Shown here piece by piece: positions 20,483 through 28,752 of a stretch of DNA of 64,000 bases. The notes below the pieces were generated by a model that saw nothing but the letters and a program-made list of their open reading frames with translations, did not search any database and was not told the DNA's origin. Made by a program: the position numbers and the translations under genes. Within the stretch, counting starts at the first letter, position 1; each line of letters begins with the position of its first letter. The stretch is from Endomicrobiales bacterium (lineage in GTDB: Bacteria > Elusimicrobiota > Endomicrobiia > Endomicrobiales > JALOBY01): assembly GCA_963796955.1 (NCBI GenBank), contig CAWCNJ010000004.1, positions 224,001-288,000 of the forward strand, in the 5' to 3' direction.

Positions 20483-20743
20483 ATGTGGTACCTATATATA
20501 GTCGAATGTTCCAATGGATCGCTTTACACAGGTATAACAACCGACGTTAAACGCCGGTTCAAAGAACATGCACTCGGAAAGGGTGCCCGCTATACCCGGG
20601 CCTTCGGCGCTGAACGAGTAGTACATACCGAACTTTTCCGAACAAGGCCGACTGCCTCGCGCCGCGAGGCTGCCGTGAAAAAATTGACCAGGAAAGAAAA
20701 ACAATCGCTTATCAAGAAAAAGAAAATAAGGCGGGGATCATGA
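20483..20743 (+). CDS. GIY-YIG nuclease family protein
   Basis: YLYIVEC...LYTGITTD..RR..EH..GKGARYT. Confidence 0.88.
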   Translation: MWYLYIVECSNGSLYTGITTDVKRRFKEHALGKGARYTRAFGAERVVHTELFRTRPTASRREAAVKKLTRKEKQSLIKKKKIRRGS

Positions 20744-22629
20744 ATATAACAAAGTACGCAGTGGTTTTGTTTTGTTGTACGGTTTGTTCTTCAATCGTCT
20801 ATGCACAACCTAAAAACGTCGCGGTGGTTCCTGAAGTTATCCTTTCAACGGCGCCAGCCGCCCCTGAGCCACAGGTAACGGTCACCAAGGATTCCTTGTT
20901 CATCATCCATCCCGGCGCAGATGCCCACATCGGCGCGGTCCCTTCCACTTTTGTGTGCGGCCATGCCGATCCCCGGGGCATGCTCACGATAAACGGCCAA
21001 CCCGTCAAAGTGGAACCTTACGGCGGATTCATGGCGATGGTACCCTTAAAACCGGGAAGCTTCACCATAAAAGCCGACCTCGTTTTTCCGACAACATCGT
21101 GCAGCTTTACCAGGCATGTTGATGTTGAGGGTCCGTATGAGCCGTTGCCCGCTAAGCCGCTTGCCATCGGCCGCGTCTGGCCGGATGCCCAGCTGGAAGT
21201 GCTGGCCGGCGATGAGATCTCCGTCGGATGCACCGCAAGCCCGGGTATGAAGGCATATATCACCATGAGCGGCGCCACGCGCAAGATCCCTCTGGTAGAA
21301 TCGGGCGATGGCGTCTACCACGGAACGCTCGTAGTACTTCCGTCGGACAATTTCAAGAAAGCAAAGATCAAAGCAACCGTTTCCACAAAAAAAGGTCAAT
21401 CAAAATCTAAAACCTCCGAAGGCTCGTTAACCTCATTTGCGATGCAGGTACCGTATATGGTCACGGTCTCCAGCCCCAATGTCGCTTTAAGGGCCGGCCC
21501 ATTGCTGTCTATGGAAGACAAGGCCGGCTATGTGCTTTATCCGCCCGTCGGCACGCTGCTGCGGGTGACCGGGCGGCGCGGCAGTGAATACCGCGTTCGT
21601 CTCAGCAAAAGCCGCGATGTCTGGGTGAGCCTTGCCGAAGTAACAGCGCTGCCGGCCGGCACGCCAATTCCGCATGTTACTGCCGGCGTGGTCACGGTTA
21701 CCGGCGACGACCGTTCCGCCAATGTGCGGGTATTCCTGGGCGCAAAATTGCCGTTCGAAGTTATCCCTGACGTGAACGGTAATTATATGGACGTTAATAT
21801 TTTTGGCGCATATTCCAACACCGACTGGATCCATTACCCGTCCAGCGGCACGGTCATTGAGCAGTTGAAATGGTATCAGGATGATGACGACACGTACCGC
21901 CTGCGCATTCAGACAAAACCCGGCAAATGCTGGGGCTACGATGCCAGATACGAAGGAGGCTCCTTTGTGCTGGAAGTGCGGGCCGCTCCGAAAATGGATG
22001 AGGCGAACGATGCCGCTCCTCTTGCGGGGCTGAGGATCGCCGTTGATGCCGGCCATTGCCCCGACACGGGCGCTATTGGCTGCACGCGCGTAGTTGAGCG
22101 CGATGTGAACATCCTTATTGCCAAAGATCTTGCCCAAATGCTGAGAGATAAAGGGGCAACGGTGATCATGACCCGCGAATCCAATGAATGTGTTGCCCTC
22201 TACGATCGCCCCAAGATCGCCTGGCAAAACCACGCAGACATCCTGATAAGCTGTCACAATAACGCGCTTGCCGACGGCGGAAACCCGCTGGTAAACAACG
22301 GGTACGGTGTTTACTACGCCAACCCCTGGAGCTTCGCTCTGGCAAAAGAGATCCACGCCGCTTACGATGACGTGATCGGCGCGAAAAGCACCTTAACGCC
22401 TCCACTTGGCGATGACGGCCTTCATTACGGCAATCTTGCCCTGCCCAGGACCCCGGAAATGGTCTCGGTGCTCACGGAATCCGCCTACATGATAGTACCG
22501 CATGAAGAATATTTGTTGACCACGGACGCCTTCCAAAAACAATGCGCCCAGGCCATGGCCACCGGCATAGAACGTTACATCAACAAACTGCGCCCGCAAA
22601 GAGTGCAGGTAAAGAGTAAGAAGCAATAA
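20740..22629 (+). CDS. N-acetylmuramoyl-L-alanine amidase (Amidase_3) with N-terminal accessory domains
   Basis: Signal peptide; IAVDAGH, ERDVN, MTR, ISCHNNA, SVLTE. Confidence 0.88.
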   Translation: MNITKYAVVLFCCTVCSSIVYAQPKNVAVVPEVILSTAPAAPEPQVTVTKDSLFIIHPGADAHIGAVPSTFVCGHADPRGMLTINGQPVKVEPYGGFMAMVPLKPGSFTIKADLVFPTTSCSFTRHVDVEGPYEPLPAKPLAIGRVWPDAQLEVLAGDEISVGCTASPGMKAYITMSGATRKIPLVESGDGVYHGTLVVLPSDNFKKAKIKATVSTKKGQSKSKTSEGSLTSFAMQVPYMVTVSSPNVALRAGPLLSMEDKAGYVLYPPVGTLLRVTGRRGSEYRVRLSKSRDVWVSLAEVTALPAGTPIPHVTAGVVTVTGDDRSANVRVFLGAKLPFEVIPDVNGNYMDVNIFGAYSNTDWIHYPSSGTVIEQLKWYQDDDDTYRLRIQTKPGKCWGYDARYEGGSFVLEVRAAPKMDEANDAAPLAGLRIAVDAGHCPDTGAIGCTRVVERDVNILIAKDLAQMLRDKGATVIMTRESNECVALYDRPKIAWQNHADILISCHNNALADGGNPLVNNGYGVYYANPWSFALAKEIHAAYDDVIGAKSTLTPPLGDDGLHYGNLALPRTPEMVSVLTESAYMIVPHEEYLLTTDAFQKQCAQAMATGIERYINKLRPQRVQVKSKKQ

Positions 22630-22638
22630 GGAGATCGC

Positions 22639-22809
22639 ATGTCCCAAAAAGGTATCATCATGACGTTTATGACCATTGGCTCCTTCATAGGCGGCTACGT
22701 CCCCTCAATGTTCGGAGCCGGCATCCTCTCCTTCTGGGGCATTTTTACCAGCGCTGCCGGCGGCATCCTCGGCATCTGGCTGGGCTACAAGATCTCCCGG
22801 GGAAGATGA
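22639..22809 (+). CDS. Small two-TM Gly-rich membrane protein (56 aa)
   Basis: AAGGAG RBS; MSQKGIIMTFMTIGSFIGGYVPSMFGAGILSFWGIFTSAAGGILGIWLGYKISRGR; shorter than any ORF in the supplied track. Confidence 0.7.
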   Translation: MSQKGIIMTFMTIGSFIGGYVPSMFGAGILSFWGIFTSAAGGILGIWLGYKISRGR

Positions 22810-22820
22810 CTATGTATCAC

Positions 22821-22849
22821 TTGCACGGTATGTGTTAATATAGTATACT
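22821..22849 (+). promoter_or_regulatory. sigma70 promoter of higBA
   Basis: TTGCAC, 17 bp spacer, TATACT. Confidence 0.6.
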
Positions 22850-22862
22850 ATGAACAGAATAT

Positions 22863-23153
22863 ATGATCATATCCTTTAAAGACAAGGCTACTGAAGATAT
22901 ATTTAATGGCAGCAATACAAAGGCGGCCAGGTCCATACCTCAGGCGATCTGGCCTGTTGTGTGCCGTAAATTGGATATGATCAATGCCGCTCACGATATA
23001 TGTGATTTGCGTGTGCCGCCAGGGAATATGCTTGAGCGCTTAAAGGGTAACCTTGCGGAGCATTACAGCATAAGAATAAATAATCAATATAGAGTGGTGT
23101 TTGTCTGGTCTCAGGGCAACGCAGGGGATGTATTGGTCACTGACTATCACTAA
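22863..23153 (+). CDS. higB: HigB/RelE-family toxin
   Basis: MIISFKDK, LRVPPGNMLERLKG, SIRINNQYR, DYH end. Confidence 0.9.
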   Translation: MIISFKDKATEDIFNGSNTKAARSIPQAIWPVVCRKLDMINAAHDICDLRVPPGNMLERLKGNLAEHYSIRINNQYRVVFVWSQGNAGDVLVTDYH

Positions 23154-23166
23154 AAAGGAGATTATA

Positions 23167-23439
23167 ATGTTACCCAAAAATAGAATGCCGTCACATCCTG
23201 GGGTGATATTGCTTCAGGAGTTCCTTATGCCGATGGGAATATCTCAAATGGAACTTGCCCGGAGAATGAAAGTACCTGTGCAAAGGGTGAATACGCTTAT
23301 AAACGGGCGCCGTGATATGTCCGCAGAAACAGCGGTTCTTCTTAGCCAAGTATTGAAAACGACCCCCGAGTTTTGGATGAACCTTCAGGTTGCCTGCGAC
23401 CTGTACGCAGCAGAAAAAGCGTTGTTGAAGGTTGCGTAG
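23167..23439 (+). CDS. higA: HigA antitoxin (XRE HTH)
   Basis: HPGVILLQEFL, SQMELA, TTPEFWMNLQ; AAAGGAG RBS before ATG 23167. Confidence 0.9.
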   Translation: MLPKNRMPSHPGVILLQEFLMPMGISQMELARRMKVPVQRVNTLINGRRDMSAETAVLLSQVLKTTPEFWMNLQVACDLYAAEKALLKVA

Positions 23440-23453
23440 GTTTGGAAAATTTC

Positions 23454-23482
23454 TTGACTTTTCTGGCGAGGATTTGTATAAT
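23454..23482 (+). promoter_or_regulatory. sigma70 promoter
   Basis: TTGACT, 17 bp spacer, TATAAT. Confidence 0.7.
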
Positions 23483-23491
23483 CTAAACATA

Positions 23492-23584
23492 ATGAGTTAT
23501 ACATTTACAAACATTATTAAACGTTCCCGCGTATGCATGGGTCTTGTATTGGCACACAAGACTGATGGAAGGGGTGCGTTTTAA
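23492..23584 (+). CDS. Putative leaderless leader peptide (30 aa)
   Basis: ATG 10 nt after the -10 box; MSYTFTNIIKRSRVCMGLVLAHKTDGRGAF; followed by a terminator. Confidence 0.4.
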   Translation: MSYTFTNIIKRSRVCMGLVLAHKTDGRGAF

Positions 23585-23619
23585 CTCATTAAGGTAGCAA
23601 AAACAACTTTTTGAATTTT

Positions 23620-23650
23620 AACCACCACCGCAAGGACAGGTGGTTTTTTT
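23620..23650 (+). terminator. Terminator/attenuator hairpin upstream of 23672 ORF
   Basis: AACCACC...ccGCAAgg...GGTGGTT plus T run. Confidence 0.7.
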
Positions 23651-23671
23651 ATTTTCTAACAGGAGGGAATC

Positions 23672-24085
23672 ATGTGCAACCAGATCAAGTTTAATGCAGT
23701 TTCAGTGCCGTTCTTTACAGAGGTTTTTGAATCAATAACAAAAAATGGTGTTTATAAGGTTATGTTCGAGCATTGGCATAGCCCGCGGATTCGCCCGCAT
23801 ACATTAGAGGCATGCCGAAGCTTCTTTGAGGACGCCGGGTTCGGGACAAGTCATATAGCTGTTGAGCGCGAATCGCGATGTTGCACCGTTGATGAGGCAT
23901 TTGATATCTACCGATCCGATGAGTACCATGGAGCAACGATAAAAGAAGGTTTTGATATCGATGTCAGCGAAGAATTCATCCAAACATTCAACAAAGAGGT
24001 CAAAGAGGAATTCTCGCGAAGGGCGAAGGACGGTAAAGTGGTGCTGGATCTTAACAGGCTGTACTATATAGGAGAAAAAACATGA
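23672..24085 (+). CDS. Hypothetical protein resembling the C-terminal half of a class I methyltransferase
   Basis: AGGAGG RBS; FEDAGF and terminal LNRLYYIGEK strand, but no SAM-binding motif I. Confidence 0.45.
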   Translation: MCNQIKFNAVSVPFFTEVFESITKNGVYKVMFEHWHSPRIRPHTLEACRSFFEDAGFGTSHIAVERESRCCTVDEAFDIYRSDEYHGATIKEGFDIDVSEEFIQTFNKEVKEEFSRRAKDGKVVLDLNRLYYIGEKT

Positions 24086-24201
24086 CGAATATATTTCAAA
24101 GGTTTCAAGAGTTCAGGTTCGCGTTAGAGAATTACAGGACATTCAGGACAATAAAGGCCGTTGTGGCGCAGTATCTGGAATACGAAAGGCTTAGCAGATA
24201 A
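24082..24201 (+). CDS. Possible 39-aa ORF coupled to upstream gene
   Basis: ATGA overlap with AGGAG upstream; MTNIFQRFQEFRFALENYRTFRTIKAVVAQYLEYERLSR. Confidence 0.3.
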   Translation: MTNIFQRFQEFRFALENYRTFRTIKAVVAQYLEYERLSR

Positions 24202-24271
24202 ACCGCAGGAGCTATTTGACTTACAGGCGGTATTAGAAGTAAAATCATCTACTGGAAATCGGAGGGAAACT

Positions 24272-24904
24272 ATGAAATACAGCACGTTACAAAAGCTTGG
24301 CGGCATCGCGCTTATCAAAGGCGCGGTATTATTGACGGTTTACGCCGTCGCCTTCATGACCTTGCTGCCTGCATCTGAAGCAAGGCACGACTTTACGCAG
24401 CTGGTACAAAACTCTAACTGGGTCTGGATAGCGCTGGTTGCGTTTGGCGGCGTTTTAGCTATGATATTCGGCTTCATCATGGTATATTCAAAGATATATG
24501 TTGAGGCCGGGATCACTGGTTTGATAGGTGTCATTTCTATAGTCTTTGCCTATATCCTGCAGGCCTGCAAAGTAACCTGGGAAATATTCCTTTACCCGGT
24601 GATCTGCGCCAGCCAGACATACGCCCCGCTGCTTAAGGACCTTGTTATCCAGCACAGTACCGGTGTGGTGATCTTCAGATACGCGGCAAGCCTTTCCATA
24701 CTTATAGGCATAGTGTTTTTTTGCATAGCGCTTATCCGGTCAACGGCATTCCCGAAAATAGCGGGTATCCTGATATTTACCGGTGCTCTCGTATACGGCA
24801 TCGGCCCGATGCTGAATGTATTTATCGCCATAGGCGGCATAGTAGTATTGTCTGTCGGCTGCTCTATAATAGGTCTTGATATGGTAAAGGCTCAGGAAGT
24901 TTAA
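24272..24904 (+). CDS. Multi-pass membrane protein
   Basis: About 6 hydrophobic segments; GGAGG RBS before ATG 24272. Confidence 0.75.
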   Translation: MKYSTLQKLGGIALIKGAVLLTVYAVAFMTLLPASEARHDFTQLVQNSNWVWIALVAFGGVLAMIFGFIMVYSKIYVEAGITGLIGVISIVFAYILQACKVTWEIFLYPVICASQTYAPLLKDLVIQHSTGVVIFRYAASLSILIGIVFFCIALIRSTAFPKIAGILIFTGALVYGIGPMLNVFIAIGGIVVLSVGCSIIGLDMVKAQEV

Positions 24905-24912
24905 GGATAATA

Positions 24913-25881
24913 ATGGAAACAATCGTAACGTCCAAACTTACAAAAAAATATGGGTCACTAACGGCTGTTAACGGCATAGACCTAACCGTCAAAAAAGGCG
25001 AGATCTTTGGCTTGCTTGGGCCTAATGGCGCGGGTAAAACTACCACGCTTATGATGCTTTCTTCCCTGCTGAAACCTACCTCTGGAACGGCCTCTATCAA
25101 TGGTTTTGACGTTTTAACGCAGGCGCGGCGCGTGAGAGAATCTATCGGTATGGTTTTCCAGGATCCAAGCTCCGACCCTGTGCTTACGGCCTATGAAAAT
25201 CTGAAGCTGCACGCGCTCTTATATGATGTGCCGATGAAATTGATAGATTCAAAGATCGACGAAGTGTTGAAGCTGGTTGACCTGGAAAAGCGTAAGAAGG
25301 ATGTGGTAAAAACCTTCTCCGGCGGAATGCGCCGCCGTATGGAGATTGCCCGGGGGCTTTTGCATCAGCCGCATGTTTTCTTTCTTGACGAGCCAACGCT
25401 GGGCCTTGATCCGCAGACCAGGGACCATATCTGGCAGTACATAAAGGATCTCGCGCAAAAAATCGAGATGACCATAGTCCTTACGACCCATTACATGGAA
25501 GAGGCTGAAAAGCTTTGCCACAGGATAGCGATCATCGATCACGGCAATATTGTGGCGCTTGATACCCCGCAAAACCTTATCCGAGGCCTTGGCGGCGATA
25601 CCGTGCTTTTGCGCGGTCGGATCGATATTGAAAAACTCAGCAAGCTCCCCTTTGTTAAGGATACACGTGAGGCGGACGGCGGCTGCAGGTTGTCCGTCGA
25701 AAATTCAGGGAAGAACCTTCAGGCGCTGCTTGGAGTCGCCGGTATCGTTGAATTTGTGGAAGTGCATTCTCCCGACCTTAATGATGTTTTCCTGCATTAT
25801 ACCGGTCGTGCCATGCGTGAAGAAGAAGGCGATGCGACCGGCTTTTTACGTGATATGAACCGGGCACGGGGGAACAAATGA
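24913..25881 (+). CDS. DrrA-type ABC transporter ATP-binding protein
   Basis: GPNGAGKTT, FSGGMRRR, LDEPTLGLD, TTHYMEEA. Confidence 0.92.
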   Translation: METIVTSKLTKKYGSLTAVNGIDLTVKKGEIFGLLGPNGAGKTTTLMMLSSLLKPTSGTASINGFDVLTQARRVRESIGMVFQDPSSDPVLTAYENLKLHALLYDVPMKLIDSKIDEVLKLVDLEKRKKDVVKTFSGGMRRRMEIARGLLHQPHVFFLDEPTLGLDPQTRDHIWQYIKDLAQKIEMTIVLTTHYMEEAEKLCHRIAIIDHGNIVALDTPQNLIRGLGGDTVLLRGRIDIEKLSKLPFVKDTREADGGCRLSVENSGKNLQALLGVAGIVEFVEVHSPDLNDVFLHYTGRAMREEEGDATGFLRDMNRARGNK

Positions 25882-26633
25882 AGATCAAAACAGCCCTCAA
25901 AGGCATTTATGCCGTCTGGTATCGCGAGTTCAAGGTCTTTACCCGCGAAAAAAGCAGGGTCATATCGGCGTTGTTCCTGCCGCTTTTCTGGTATTTTATT
26001 TTCGGCGGCGGCGTAGGCACCATCAGCAACGTGCCGGGCAATTACCGTCATTTTATTTTCCCGGGCTTCCTTGCAATGACAATAATTTTCACTGCCCTCT
26101 TTAACGGCGCCTATATTGTGTGGGATAAAAAAATAGATTTCCTGAAAGAGGTGCTTATCGCGCCGCCTTCAAGGACCACTATCTTTATCGGCAAAATGAT
26201 AGGCGGCATGACGGACGCCCTTCTGCAATCCTACATACTGCTTTTCATAGGCCTGATACTCGGCGTGCCATTAACCGTTAAAAGCATTGTGCTGAGCATG
26301 GGCATGCTTTTTATACTGGCGATGGGCCTCGTTAGCCTTGGCCTAATAATCGGTTCTTTCCTCGAAAGCCTGGAGGGGTTCGGTCTAATTTCCAGCTTCG
26401 TCATCTACCCGCTCTTCCTGCTTTCCGGAGCGCTGTATCCGCTGGACAAGCTTCCGCCCTGGATGAAAATACTGACGCACCTGGACCCCGCCACATATGC
26501 AGTCGACGGCCTTCGGCAAATTATAATCGGCGTTTCATCAATGCCGCTCATTGTAGACATAACGGTAGTTCTTGGTTTCGATGCGCTGCTGATAGTTGTG
26601 GGTACCTGGGCATTCGGTAAGTTGAAGTTATAA
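25878..26633 (+). CDS. ABC-2 type permease
   Basis: Six-TM pattern, FIFPG, LSGALYP, DPATYAVDGLR. Confidence 0.9.
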   Translation: MKIKTALKGIYAVWYREFKVFTREKSRVISALFLPLFWYFIFGGGVGTISNVPGNYRHFIFPGFLAMTIIFTALFNGAYIVWDKKIDFLKEVLIAPPSRTTIFIGKMIGGMTDALLQSYILLFIGLILGVPLTVKSIVLSMGMLFILAMGLVSLGLIIGSFLESLEGFGLISSFVIYPLFLLSGALYPLDKLPPWMKILTHLDPATYAVDGLRQIIIGVSSMPLIVDITVVLGFDALLIVVGTWAFGKLKL

Positions 26634-26647
26634 AATGGGAGGATCGT

Positions 26648-27430
26648 ATGAAGACAATTCTGTATTATTTTACCGGCACAGGCAATTCGCTGAAAGTGGC
26701 AAAAGATATCGCGGCAAAGCTTGGCGATACCCGGCTTGCAGCCATCAGAAAGCCTTTTCCCCAGAGCTTCGATGTTTCCGCCGACAGGATCGGTATAGTA
26801 TTCCCAGTCTATATGTGGGGCCTGCCTATAATTGTTAAAGAATTTGCAGTGCACTTAAATGCCTCTCCCGACAAGTATATTTTTGCCGTCGCCACCTACG
26901 GCGGCTTCCCGGCCGGCACATTAAATATGCTGGACGAAGAACTGCGCTCCCATGATATGAAACTTTCCGCCGGTTTTGGTGTGCAGATGCCCGGCAATTA
27001 TACGCCGATGTACGGCGCCATATCTGATGAAAAACAAAAAGCGATGTTCGACAAGGTTGCCGCCAAGGTAGAAGAGATAGTTGAAGTGGTAAAAAGCGGC
27101 AAGCCCTCGAAGATCGAGAACAATTTCTGGCTGGTGAATAAACTATTTACAGGTTTCATCTATAACGGCGGAAGCAAACAGATACCAACCGCCGATAAAA
27201 AATTTATCTTGCAGGACAGCTGCACCAAATGCGGCATCTGCGCCAAGGTCTGTCCGGCGGAGAACATTAAACTTGTTGAGGGCAAACCCACCTGGCTTAA
27301 CCACTGCGAGCATTGCCTTGCTTGCCTGCAATGGTGCCCTGTAGAAGCCATCCAATACGGCGAAAAGACCATAGGCCGTAAACGTTACCACCACCCGTCT
27401 GTATCTGTAGTAGATATTTTCAAGCACTAA
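26648..27430 (+). CDS. EFR1-family flavodoxin-ferredoxin fusion
   Basis: YFTGTGNS, FPVY, MPGNY, CTKCGICAKVCP, CEHCLACLQWCP. Confidence 0.88.
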   Translation: MKTILYYFTGTGNSLKVAKDIAAKLGDTRLAAIRKPFPQSFDVSADRIGIVFPVYMWGLPIIVKEFAVHLNASPDKYIFAVATYGGFPAGTLNMLDEELRSHDMKLSAGFGVQMPGNYTPMYGAISDEKQKAMFDKVAAKVEEIVEVVKSGKPSKIENNFWLVNKLFTGFIYNGGSKQIPTADKKFILQDSCTKCGICAKVCPAENIKLVEGKPTWLNHCEHCLACLQWCPVEAIQYGEKTIGRKRYHHPSVSVVDIFKH

Positions 27431-27454
27431 CAACAACTTGTACCGGAGCCATTA

Positions 27455-27992
27455 ATGAAAGCAAGGAAACTGGCGGAGCCGGAGATACACACCTCGTCGT
27501 TTGTGCACCCAACCGCTGTTATCGCCGGGAACGTGCGTATCGGTAAAAATGTTTTTGTCGGGCCCTTGGCTCGTTATCCGTGCCGATGAAAAAAACAGTT
27601 CCGTATCTATCGGCGACAATTGCAACGTCCAGGACGGCGTTATTATTCACGCGCTGGGCGGCACTGATGTGCGCATAGGCTGCCGATCCTCCCTGTCCCA
27701 CGGCGTGCTTGTGCACGGACCGTGCGCAATAGGCAACAGGTGCTTTATAGGTTTCCGCACAGTCGTTTTCCGTGCCACCGTGGCAGATGGAGTCTATGTA
27801 GGCGCGGCCGCCGTTGTACAAAATGTGACACTGCCTGCCGATCGTAAAGTTAGCGCCCAGTGCCTGGTAAACCGCGAGGGCTTCATCAGCGGCCTGAAAA
27901 AATGCGGCCCGGAAGATATATCGTTCGCTAAACAGGTAGTAAACGCAAACCTGGACCTGGTGCGCCTCTACCGCCAGGGTGAGATAAAGTGA
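27455..27992 (+). CDS. Gamma-class carbonic anhydrase family protein, +1 indel near 27572
   Basis: MKARKLAEPEIHTSSFVHPTAVIAGNVRIGKNVFVGPLA, then an extra C, then VIRADE...NVQDGVIIH...SHGVLVHGP. Confidence 0.8.
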
Positions 27993-28225
27993 TCTACCTT
28001 TTTGCCGCAGCAGCCACATTAATACTGGTATTATCCCTTGAATCCCAAAGCCCGTCCCGAAAATATCCCATAGCCATCGGCGTTACGCTCTGGCTTGGCT
28101 CCGTCGTGCTGGGGTTCGTATATTTCCATCTCTTCACCGGCTTTTGGTTCTTCTCTGCCACACTATTAATGGCAGCCGCATGGCGCTGGCTATTGCATGT
28201 GTTGTTTCCAAAGAAAAGTAAATAA
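27989..28225 (+). CDS. Small membrane protein, hypothetical
   Basis: GTGA overlap; about 3 hydrophobic segments. Confidence 0.55.
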   Translation: MIYLFAAAATLILVLSLESQSPSRKYPIAIGVTLWLGSVVLGFVYFHLFTGFWFFSATLLMAAAWRWLLHVLFPKKSK

Positions 28226-28236
28226 GGTTTGCGATC

Positions 28237-28626
28237 ATGGAAAAAATAACCCTTAAGACGCAGAAGCATTCACAATTTATTGATATTACCCGCCAGGTGC
28301 AGGGAGCTGTGGACAGGTGTGGGGTTATAGACGGTGTTTGTACGGTGTTCGTGCCGCACACAACGGCCGGCGTTACTATCAACGAGAACGCCGATCCGGA
28401 TGTGGTATCGGATATCCTAGGTTCTCTTGAAAAACTAGTGCCTTGGAAAGCCGGCTATGCCCACGATGAGGGGAACTCCGCGGCGCATATTAAGGCCGGT
28501 TTGCTTGGATTCTCGCAAAATATCATCGTTCATGGCGGAAAACTGCAGCTGGGTACCTGGCAAGGGATATATTTTGCCGAGTTTGACGGTCCCCGTTCCC
28601 GCGAATTTTGGGTAACCATAAAATAA
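28237..28626 (+). CDS. yjbQ: YjbQ/UPF0047 family protein
   Basis: PHTTAGVTINENADPDV, GNSAAHIK, LGTWQGIYFAEFDGPR. Confidence 0.92.
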   Translation: MEKITLKTQKHSQFIDITRQVQGAVDRCGVIDGVCTVFVPHTTAGVTINENADPDVVSDILGSLEKLVPWKAGYAHDEGNSAAHIKAGLLGFSQNIIVHGGKLQLGTWQGIYFAEFDGPRSREFWVTIK

Positions 28627-28640
28627 GCCTTTGCCCGTCG

Positions 28641-28670
28641 TTGACTGCGTACCTCCCTTTTTGGTAAAAT
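28641..28670 (+). promoter_or_regulatory. sigma70 promoter of aspS operon
   Basis: TTGACT, 18 bp spacer, TGgTAAAAT. Confidence 0.55.
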
Positions 28671-28752
28671 ATACCTACGAATTTCAATGTTTTGTGCCCG
28701 CCCTGGCGGACACTTTTTTGCTTTTTATTACTAGCAACGGGAGAAATGCATC

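Noticed and set aside
21487..22356. 289-aa antisense ORF (also 52694-53428 and 44172-44801)
   Set aside because: Shadow ORFs opposite well-supported genes, with no recognisable motifs.
16653..23439. HNH, GIY-YIG and HigBA as a defence island or mobile element
   Set aside because: They are dispersed among housekeeping genes, belong to common stand-alone families, and have no integrase, transposase or att sites nearby.
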